Below, in pieces: positions 9,532 to 17,014 of a stretch of DNA of 64,000 nucleotides. A model generated the notes under the pieces. The model was not told where the DNA came from. It saw only the letters and a list, made by a program, of their open reading frames with translations, and searched no databases. The stretch's first letter is position 1. The number at the start of each line of letters is the position of its first letter. A program made the translations under genes and the position numbers. Source of the DNA: Armatimonadota bacterium (lineage in GTDB: Bacteria > Armatimonadota > Fimbriimonadia > Fimbriimonadales > Fimbriimonadaceae); assembly GCA_031400935.1 (NCBI GenBank), contig JANNQV010000015.1:62001-126000 (forward strand), given 5' to 3'.

Positions 9532-10452
9532 TCAACTAGTAACAATTTGAAGTTTCCCGCGTTTTTGACGCTTTCTGGTGGATGCCTTGCAAGGTTCAGA
9601 GCAGCATCGTTCATGCATAGTTTCACATGCGTTACAGCAGAAATAGAGCAAGTTGCAATCTACATTCGCGCAATTTACGTATGTTTCTGATGGAGTTCCG
9701 CATTGCCTGCATTGACTGACTATGGAGGGGTTTACATTGTTTATCTGAACCGATATCCGCTGATCGAACACAAAGCAACGGCCGTCAAAATCTTCGCCAT
9801 TTGTCTCGGTATCTTTCGAATAATTGATGATGCCGCCGTCTAGCTGGTAGACGTTTTCGTACCCTTCTTGAAGTAAGAGTGCCGTCAGTTTTTCGCACCG
9901 AATCCCGCCTGTACAATAGGTAAGAATGGGCTGAGTTTTCCCGATATGCTGTTCGCGAAGCCACTTAGGATAGTCGCGAAAAACTTCTGCGTCAGGCCGA
10001 ATTGCGCCACGAAATCGTCCCAAATCGAACTCATAGTCGCTTCGCCCGTCGAGGATAATCGCATCTTCATCTTGCATTTTTTCGCGAAATTCGGTCGGGG
10101 AAAGGTGCTTGCCAGTTCGTTCATGAACAGGAGTCTTCAGTTTCATGCCCAGCGTCACGATTTCCTTTCGAACTTTTACGGAAAGCTTTGGAAATTGATG
10201 TACTCTAACCGGGTCAATTTTGAATGGCATGTCAGCAAAACTGGGGTCGTTTGCAGCCCAATTGCGATACTCGTCGCAAGCACTTTGCGTGCCTGAGACC
10301 GTTCCGTTTAGGCCTTCTTCGCCGACCAGAATTCGGCCCAACAGGCCCAAAGATTCGCAAAGTTCCCGCTGAGACTTGGCAAGTGCGCCAGGGCATTCGA
10401 TAGGCACGAACTTGTAATAAAGCAAAATTTGAAATTGTTCGGTGCAAACCAT
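9532..10452 (-). CDS. trhO: tRNA uridine(34) hydroxylase / rhodanese-domain protein (YceA/UPF0176)
   Basis: LLYYKF, GRILVGEEGLNGT, YCTGGIRCEK, GRCFVFDQR; start moved to ATG 10452. Confidence 0.9.
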   Translation of the reverse strand: MVCTEQFQILLYYKFVPIECPGALAKSQRELCESLGLLGRILVGEEGLNGTVSGTQSACDEYRNWAANDPSFADMPFKIDPVRVHQFPKLSVKVRKEIVTLGMKLKTPVHERTGKHLSPTEFREKMQDEDAIILDGRSDYEFDLGRFRGAIRPDAEVFRDYPKWLREQHIGKTQPILTYCTGGIRCEKLTALLLQEGYENVYQLDGGIINYSKDTETNGEDFDGRCFVFDQRISVQINNVNPSIVSQCRQCGTPSETYVNCANVDCNLLYFCCNACETMHERCCSEPCKASTRKRQKRGKLQIVTS

Positions 10453-10511
10453 CAACCCTAAATTGTAGCAATTATGAGTTCCAAATTGAATCACATCGGT
10501 AAAATGACCCA

Positions 10512-10949
10512 ATGGTTTGCACTCGTTGCGGCAGAGATAACCCCGAAGAGAACGAATTTTGCGGACGATGCGGAACCGACCTGAAGGAGGTGATTGCTGC
10601 CGCTTCGGAAGCAGAAGGCGACTTGTTTTGCTTCAAACATAAACGCGAAAGGACTGCTCTGCGATGCGGCAGATGCGAGCGGCCGGTTTGCACAAAGTGT
10701 GTAATCATTGGTCCAGCGGGACCAAGGTGCCACGAATGTTCGAAGCAGAATATCGCTTTTCGGCCAGGTGCAGTTGTTCAAGAAGCGAAAGTGGGACTGC
10801 GCAGAGTTGGAAGGCTCGGCCCTTGGGGCATCTACATGATTCTCGTACTAGGCATGATGCTCTTTGGGTCGTTGCAAATGTGCGGTCGCCCCGATCCTAG
10901 ACCATCGGATTACGATTTCGAGCAATCGTCGAACCCGAGTCCAAACTAG
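10512..10949 (+). CDS. Zinc-ribbon / B-box-like membrane-anchored protein
   Basis: CxxC..CxxC ribbon, then CxxH...CxxCxxxxCxxC...CxxC, then one TM helix. Confidence 0.75.
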   Translation: MVCTRCGRDNPEENEFCGRCGTDLKEVIAAASEAEGDLFCFKHKRERTALRCGRCERPVCTKCVIIGPAGPRCHECSKQNIAFRPGAVVQEAKVGLRRVGRLGPWGIYMILVLGMMLFGSLQMCGRPDPRPSDYDFEQSSNPSPN

Positions 10950-10956
10950 AATCCGC

Positions 10957-11214
10957 TCATGGATTTGCAGTCGTTCCTGATAATTTGCGTTTTCGTTTCT
11001 TAACCAAATGCCATGCTAAAACGAGGAGCATCGAAATGACTGCAACGTCGTCTGACAAACCAAAAAGCGGAATAATGTCAATAATCAAATCTATTGGCGA
11101 AACCCCATAGATCAGTGCGGTTAAGATCGAAAAGAATGCCCCGATTGGCGACTTTCGGTACGTAGCGGGTTCAGATGCGGGTTCGAGGATTGCCACATGA
11201 TGTATGACGAACAT
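10957..11214 (-). CDS. YkvA/DUF1232 family membrane protein
   Basis: YGVSPIDLIIDIIPLFGLSDD motif; start is ATG 11214 or GTG 11196. The ORF-track extension upstream runs through repeats. Confidence 0.8.
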   Translation of the reverse strand: MFVIHHVAILEPASEPATYRKSPIGAFFSILTALIYGVSPIDLIIDIIPLFGLSDDVAVISMLLVLAWHLVKKRKRKLSGTTANP

Positions 11215-11224
11215 TCGGGAACTA

Positions 11225-11400
11225 GGGTTTCGGAATGGGACATTGGGGATGAACGGGGTGAAATGGGTGAATTGAATGGATTGAACGTAAGGAATTACCT
11301 CCCAATAGCCTCGCACTCAATTCACAATCCAAAATCTCACCTTAGTCACCCAGTTCACGAATCACCCACTTCACCCATTTCAAAATATCACCCATTTCAC
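11225..11400. repeat. Polarised arrays: 9-mer GGGTGAAAT left; 7-mer CAAAATC and 9-mer CATTTCACC right
   Basis: Direct reading. Confidence 0.85.
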
Positions 11401-11445
11401 GAGATTTCCCCGTCTTACCGATAGTAATGTTAGGAATCACTCTCC

Positions 11446-12774
11446 ATGCCAGTTTTTGAGTACAAAGCGACAAACGACGAAGGGCAAGCTGTCAACGGCA
11501 CAATGCTAAGCGGGTCGCTGTCTCAGGCTGCCGATGAACTTACGAAATTAGGCTTGAGCGTTAGTTCCATCGGCGCGCCTTCAGGTGTCGGTGATCCGCT
11601 TGTGGATTACATCCCTGAATCTGACAACCGACAACAAACAACTAATAACCAACAACCGACAACTGACTCCATTCCGCCCTCCGCTATACGCTCTCCGCCT
11701 TCTGAAGGTCCACAATCCGCACCTCCCCCCGCGGAGCCTCGTTCAAAATTCATGACCGAGGTGGTCGGCCCACTTGTAAACAAGATTTCGCTCACTCACC
11801 AAGTGATGTTCTTTCGACAGCTTCACACGATGCTGAAGGCTGGCGTACCAATCGTCCAAACCCTTGACACGCTTGCAGGCCAAACCCACGATCTCAGACT
11901 CAAAAGCGTTGTTTGGGAGTTAAAGGGACATGCAATGGAAGGTCGCCCCATTTCTGCTGGGCTTCAACGTTACCCAGAGATGTTCTCGCCATTGATTCTG
12001 AGCCTTATGCGGGTTGGCGAAAGCGGCGGAATGCTCGAAAACTCGTGCAAACAGATTGCTGATTATTTGGATCGGGAAATTGAATTACGGAATCTGGTTC
12101 GGCGGGTGACCATCTATCCGAAACTTGTTTTGGGTACCTCGATGGTTGTTATCTTGGCGGCCAATTTTCTCATCAAATTTATGGGAAAAGCGGGCGGACT
12201 GCAGTCACCCCTGACCGAGCTTTCTACATGGATCATTTTGGGGCCAGTCCTGATCGGGCTGTTTCTCTTCAATCGTGTCGGGCTTGCTAACCCAAGAACT
12301 CGCTTTAATTACGATCAAATCGTATTGAGAGTCCCCTATTTCGGAATCACAATCCAGCAGCTCTGCATGGCAAGGTTTGGGCGGGCGTTTGGGGCACTTT
12401 ACGCTGGTGGGGTAGCCGTCCCGGAAGCCCTTAAACTTGGGGCAGACGCATGCGGGAACGAATATATGCGAGCCTGTTTGCATCCACTATTTAAGAGGCT
12501 TGAAGAAGGCGATGGAATTCACGAAACCCTTCGTTCTTCGGGTGTATTTTCACCCATAGTATTAGACATGGTTCATACCGGAGAAACAACAGGCAATATC
12601 AACGAAATGCTTGTGAAAATGGCGGAGTTTTACGAGGATGAATCGAAGATGCGCTCCACTCAGTCGGCTTATGCCATCGGAGTTTTTGCGTTGGTGGTTG
12701 TCGGAGCTTACATCGGCTTCATCGTCTTTCAGTTCTATTCTCAATATGCGAACAGCATCTCCGTTGACCTGTAA
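11446..12774 (+). CDS. pilC: Type II secretion F family / type IV pilus platform protein
   Basis: MPVFEYKA N-terminus, FFRQLHTMLKAGVP, VGESGGML, TGETTG; repeat-derived linker insert. Confidence 0.9.
   Translation: MPVFEYKATNDEGQAVNGTMLSGSLSQAADELTKLGLSVSSIGAPSGVGDPLVDYIPESDNRQQTTNNQQPTTDSIPPSAIRSPPSEGPQSAPPPAEPRSKFMTEVVGPLVNKISLTHQVMFFRQLHTMLKAGVPIVQTLDTLAGQTHDLRLKSVVWELKGHAMEGRPISAGLQRYPEMFSPLILSLMRVGESGGMLENSCKQIADYLDREIELRNLVRRVTIYPKLVLGTSMVVILAANFLIKFMGKAGGLQSPLTELSTWIILGPVLIGLFLFNRVGLANPRTRFNYDQIVLRVPYFGITIQQLCMARFGRAFGALYAGGVAVPEALKLGADACGNEYMRACLHPLFKRLEEGDGIHETLRSSGVFSPIVLDMVHTGETTGNINEMLVKMAEFYEDESKMRSTQSAYAIGVFALVVVGAYIGFIVFQFYSQYANSISVDL
11623..11704 (+). repeat. In-frame 7-mer arrays inside pilC (ACAACCG x6, then TCCGCCC-type x4)
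   Basis: gacaacc gacaaca aacaact aataacc aacaacc gacaact ... ttccgcc ctccgct atacgct ctccgcc. Confidence 0.8.
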
Positions 12775-12785
12775 GAGATCTTAAA

Positions 12786-13871
12786 TTGAAAGCAACTTTT
12801 TACGACATTTTGAGTTTAAAGGAATCTGCATCGCCGGAAGAGATCAAGCGGGCGCACCGGAGATTGGTGATGGAATTTCACCCTGATCGAAATCCGTCAG
12901 CCGACGCCTCTACAAAATTCATTGAAATCACAAAGGCTTACGAGCTGCTTTCTGATCCGATTCGAAGAGCCGAATATGATCGCCTTCGCAAAATAAACGA
13001 AGAATTGCGGAAGAAGAAACAGAGTCAAAGACCGCCAACACCAAAACAACCAACAACTAACAACCAAAAACCAGAATCAAGCGCCGTCAGCCAGAAGCAC
13101 CTAGAAGACAAACTGCGAAAACTCATGACAGTCGGAAATGTCAACGAAGCTGAGATTTTTGCAGGAGAAATCCTGGCAGAAAATCCTCGATCTGCACTTA
13201 GTTATGCAGCATTAGGCGACATCGCAAGGTCTAAGGGGGACTGGAAATTGGCGAGCAAAATGTTTGCCTATGCTGCCCAATTCGACCCCAGGAACGAGCT
13301 TTACCTTCGAAAGCACGAAGAGATGCTGGATCAATTCAACCGTACCGAAATTTCCAGGCATAGCCAAAGCAATCAAGATGGCCGATGGGTTGCGCCCGTT
13401 GTTGGCACCGTGCTAACCGTTGTTGCGGCTTGCTTTGTTGCGTTGAGCCCCGAACAGTCAATATTTGTCAAAGGCACGATCATTTCGAGCTGGACCATGG
13501 GTTTGGTGAGCATGCTGTTCTTTTCAGGAGCAGTGATGGGTGCAACACTCTGTTTGGCAGATTATCTCGACCGTTTTGAAGTCACAACAGCGATGGGACG
13601 GATATCGCCGAACTTGCTCTTTCTCTTTTTGGGCGTAGTCAACTTGTGGCTAGCAGGTGCGATTTACATTGTCATTGGCGGCTTGATGCGTTCGTTTTCG
13701 ATCACACTTTCGCGCCTAATGTTGGGGCTTGTTGGCGTTGTTTCGATTCTGACAATTGGGGCGGCTGGTTCTCATACGATTGATCCCTACGAAGTTTTTC
13801 TTTGGGGTGGTTCTGTGGTTTCTGCTGGCGCATTAATCGGGTGGGCTTTCGGTGATGGGCTGAGGGGGTGA
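12786..13871 (+). CDS. DnaJ-domain protein with TPR-like region and C-terminal TM helices
   Basis: J-domain with HPD motif; five hydrophobic C-terminal segments; TTG start. Confidence 0.8.
   Translation: MKATFYDILSLKESASPEEIKRAHRRLVMEFHPDRNPSADASTKFIEITKAYELLSDPIRRAEYDRLRKINEELRKKKQSQRPPTPKQPTTNNQKPESSAVSQKHLEDKLRKLMTVGNVNEAEIFAGEILAENPRSALSYAALGDIARSKGDWKLASKMFAYAAQFDPRNELYLRKHEEMLDQFNRTEISRHSQSNQDGRWVAPVVGTVLTVVAACFVALSPEQSIFVKGTIISSWTMGLVSMLFFSGAVMGATLCLADYLDRFEVTTAMGRISPNLLFLFLGVVNLWLAGAIYIVIGGLMRSFSITLSRLMLGLVGVVSILTIGAAGSHTIDPYEVFLWGGSVVSAGALIGWAFGDGLRG
13030..13075 (+). repeat. In-frame 7-mer array inside the DnaJ gene
   Basis: aaacaac caacaac taacaac caaaaac. Confidence 0.7.
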
Positions 13872-13883
13872 CTCTTGAACTGA

Positions 13884-13995
13884 GTGAAATGGATGAATGG
13901 GGTGAAGTGGGACAGATTTTGGATTGTGGGTTTTGGGTGAGAGCGGATTGTTTCATTCGCCCATTTCACCCAATTCATCCTCTTCATCCCCTTCA
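13884..13995. repeat. Polarised arrays: 9-mer and 7-mer GATTTTG left; 9-mer right
   Basis: Direct reading. Confidence 0.85.
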
Positions 13996-14025
13996 GAAAT
14001 CATTCCGCAAGGCCAATAATTCCCA

Positions 14026-14211
14026 TTGATGAACGTATCAAGCTCAACTGTCGTCCAGCAAGCTCTTCGGGCCTATCAATCTGCTGAGACACAGCAGCCA
14101 GCTGCCCAAATTGCGATTCTAAAGAAAGCTCTTGATGCACAAAAGGGCGAGGCCGCGCAATTGCTTCAGGTGCTTCAAGGTAAAGGGCAAATCATAGATT
14201 TACAGGCTTAG
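14026..14211 (+). CDS. YjfB-like (putative motility) small protein
   Basis: IAILKKALDAQ...AAQLL...GKGQIID pattern. Confidence 0.7.
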   Translation: MMNVSSSTVVQQALRAYQSAETQQPAAQIAILKKALDAQKGEAAQLLQVLQGKGQIIDLQA

Positions 14212-14260
14212 TTTTGTTCGGTTTAGTTTGCTTTGGCTCGGATTAACTCGGGTTTGTTGG
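14211..14260. repeat. 10-mer array (GTTCGGTTTA type), G-arm only
   Basis: Direct reading; same family as 21190-21228. Confidence 0.7.
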
Positions 14261-14299
14261 AATCGGCATGAAAAATGAGTTCGACGAGTCCTACATGGC

Positions 14300-15538
14300 C
14301 TAAGTGTCCAACTTTTCCAGTTGCCACGCCACTCCACCGATCCATGTCTGATGCACAACAGGCGCCCCAACCCAATACGGAATTTCGCGCTCGTCATCGC
14401 AATCCCAGATCACTAGGTCGGCAGACTTTCCAGGTTCTAAAGAACCAACTTTCGCAGTCAGTCCGAGCGACTTTGCTGCATGAACAGTACACCCCGCCAA
14501 AGCTTCCATTGGTGTCATTTTCATTTGAGTGCAACCTAAAGACATTGCAAACGGCAAGCTTGGAGTTGGCGATGAGCCCGGATTGAAATCAGATGCAAGG
14601 ACCGTAGGCAAACCCGCATCCAGCATCCTTCTTGCATCCGGATATTTCGACTTCCCAAGGCAAAAAACGCTCGCCGGAAGTAAAATTGGGACTGTTCCCG
14701 ACTTCGCCAGGGCTTCAATTCCTAACACGTTGGAGTTTTCCAAATGGTCGGCTGAAACAGCGCCAAGTTCTGCTGCAAGCGCTGCACCATTTCCATCCGA
14801 AAGCTGATCAACGTGCATCTTCAATCCAAGCCCGTATTGCATGGCAGCCGTTGCCAATCTGCGAGCATCTTCATGGTCGAAGTAGTCATTCTCAAAGAAA
14901 ATATCAACCCATTGCGGACGAGCTGAATCTTCAAGTGCCATCGCCGCGGGCAGAATTTCGTTAAGCGCGTATTGGACATAGCCATTTTTGTTTCCCGCGA
15001 ATTCTGGAGGAACGGCATGGAGCGCGAGCAGAGTTTTCGAAATGGAAACACCCGTTTCCTTTTCGATTCTTGCTATTGCCCGAAGGCACTTCAATTCGCT
15101 TTCAATATCGAGTCCGTAGCCAGTTTTAGCTTCGATTCTAGTGGTTCCGTTTCGAACCATCCAGTCAATGCGCTTCTTTCCGAGTGCAACCAGATCGTCT
15201 TCAGTAGCCGCTCGTGTCGCCTTTACAGTTGAGAGAATCCCGCCTCCGCTGGCGGCAATTTCCTCGTAGGTTGCACCCTCAGATCGCATCTGGAATTCGT
15301 TCGCTCTATTTCCGGCAAAAACCAAATGGGCGTGCGCGTCAATTAGGCCCGGGGTTACAAGTCGCTTGCGTGCATCAAAAATGTCGGCGCTATGAGCTAG
15401 ACGTTCAACTTCGGATCGAAAACCAGCTGCGACTATCTTGCCGTCCTCGATCAAAAGCGCAGCGTCGTCATAAATTTCTAGGTTTTTTGCAGCAGCTCGG
15501 ACAATCAACCTTCCAATATTGGTGACAAGAGTATTCAC
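14300..15538 (-). CDS. hutI: Imidazolonepropionase
   Basis: PGLIDAHAHLVFAGNR, GGGILSTV, EAKTGYGL, HVDQL, SDFNPGSS. Confidence 0.95.
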   Translation of the reverse strand: MNTLVTNIGRLIVRAAAKNLEIYDDAALLIEDGKIVAAGFRSEVERLAHSADIFDARKRLVTPGLIDAHAHLVFAGNRANEFQMRSEGATYEEIAASGGGILSTVKATRAATEDDLVALGKKRIDWMVRNGTTRIEAKTGYGLDIESELKCLRAIARIEKETGVSISKTLLALHAVPPEFAGNKNGYVQYALNEILPAAMALEDSARPQWVDIFFENDYFDHEDARRLATAAMQYGLGLKMHVDQLSDGNGAALAAELGAVSADHLENSNVLGIEALAKSGTVPILLPASVFCLGKSKYPDARRMLDAGLPTVLASDFNPGSSPTPSLPFAMSLGCTQMKMTPMEALAGCTVHAAKSLGLTAKVGSLEPGKSADLVIWDCDDEREIPYWVGAPVVHQTWIGGVAWQLEKLDT

Positions 15539-15623
15539 GTACTTTTATCATGGCATGACATTCGGGAGTGCAACAGACTCCAAGTTCGCGCACTCCCAAT
15601 GGCAAAGATGGCAAAATCATATA

Positions 15624-16511
15624 ATGCCGCGAATCATAATCCCCGAGGCGGAGGCCCTTCTCGATAAAGAAATCAAAGTCCTCGATAAAGGCTTCGTGCG
15701 CCTTGTGGACTACATGGGTGGCGACGAGCGGATCGTGCAGTCTGCACGCGTGAGTTATGGTTCAGGAACGAAGTCGTTTCGCCAAGATCGCGGGTTGATT
15801 CACTATTTGCTTCGAAATGCGCACACTTCGCCCTTTGAGCAGGTTCAGCTTACTTTTCACACCAAAATGCCGATTTTCGTGGCTCGGCAATGGGTTCGGC
15901 ACCGAACAGCAAGGCTGAACGAGATTTCGGGGCGGTATTCCGTCATGAAGGACGAATTCTATCTGCCTGATGCCGAAAAGGTGTCTTTTCAAAGCGAATC
16001 GAACAAGCAAGGCCGAGCGGGTTCTTTGCCTTTTGATGAAGCCATGCAAGTGATTCGGCAAATGGAAGAAGAGCAAAAGGCGATGTACGCGGGCTATGAA
16101 GCTATGCTCGAAAAAGGCGTCGCTCGCGAACTCGCCAGGGCAAATCTGCCGATCAGCCTTTACACCGAATGGTATTGGCAGATTGATTTGCACAACCTTT
16201 TCCACTTCTTGCGATTGCGAATGGACGCTCATGCACAATACGAAATTCGGGTTTTTGCGGAAGCGATGGCGACCTGTGCGAAAGCTGTCGCTCCGATGGC
16301 ATACGAGGCGTTTGAAGAGCACATTTTGGGCTCGGTGAGTTTTAGTCGGGCAGAACTAATTGGTTTGCAAGCGATGCTGGAAGGCAAGCCTCATGGGCTT
16401 GAGGGAAGGGCGGTCGGAGTGTTTGAAGACAAGCTGGCAAAGATGAAATCGGCAACCGAGATAGAGGAACTAGAGGAGCCAGTTCTGCCCGAAATGCCTG
16501 TGAGTGGGTAG
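15624..16511 (+). CDS. thyX: FAD-dependent thymidylate synthase
   Basis: RQWVRHR...NEISGRY, LRMDAHAQYEIR; start moved to ATG 15624. Confidence 0.93.
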   Translation: MPRIIIPEAEALLDKEIKVLDKGFVRLVDYMGGDERIVQSARVSYGSGTKSFRQDRGLIHYLLRNAHTSPFEQVQLTFHTKMPIFVARQWVRHRTARLNEISGRYSVMKDEFYLPDAEKVSFQSESNKQGRAGSLPFDEAMQVIRQMEEEQKAMYAGYEAMLEKGVARELARANLPISLYTEWYWQIDLHNLFHFLRLRMDAHAQYEIRVFAEAMATCAKAVAPMAYEAFEEHILGSVSFSRAELIGLQAMLEGKPHGLEGRAVGVFEDKLAKMKSATEIEELEEPVLPEMPVSG

Positions 16512-16524
16512 TAGTACTGTAGAA

Positions 16525-16953
16525 TTATTTTTCCACGATTTTTGTAACACCCCACAAATCAGGCGTTGCGAATTCTAGAACATTCCCAGCAGGATCGTTG
16601 AAGTAAATAGACCGTGCCCCGTTTTTCCAGTTGATCTCCTTGATGATCTCGATGCCGCGAGCTCCCATGCGAGCCTTCCAAGCCTCTAGCTCGGCTTCAG
16701 AAGCGGAAAAGGCGACGTGCCCATTTCCAACCGTACCATGAGGTGGAACGATTGAATCTGGGATTTTCGTTCTGCTCGCTTTGAAGATGATCAGCACGCT
16801 GCCGTCCGCCTTTAAGAACAGGTCGCGATCTGGATCAAATGAAATCTCCTCGAAACAGAGAATGTCGACGTAGAACGAACGTGCTGTTTCTAGGTCTTCG
16901 GCGTAGAGGGCAGTTTCAAGAATTCGAGGGCAAGATAATTTTGCACTTCTCAT
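16525..16953 (-). CDS. VOC/glyoxalase family protein
   Basis: LETALYAEDL, HVAF, SIYFNDPAGNVLE; start moved to ATG 16953. Confidence 0.85.
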   Translation of the reverse strand: MRSAKLSCPRILETALYAEDLETARSFYVDILCFEEISFDPDRDLFLKADGSVLIIFKASRTKIPDSIVPPHGTVGNGHVAFSASEAELEAWKARMGARGIEIIKEINWKNGARSIYFNDPAGNVLEFATPDLWGVTKIVEK

Positions 16954-16960
16954 TTTAACT

Positions 16961-17007
16961 CCACCCCCAACCCCCTCCTCATTCTCGTACCTCGAATAAG
17001 GAGGGGG
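16961..17007. repeat. C-rich REP-like hairpin (CCACCCC..CCCCTCC...GGAGGGG family), intergenic copy
   Basis: ccccctcctcattc / gaataaggaggggg inverted pair, 13/14 match. Confidence 0.75.
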
Positions 17008-17014
17008 CTTATTA

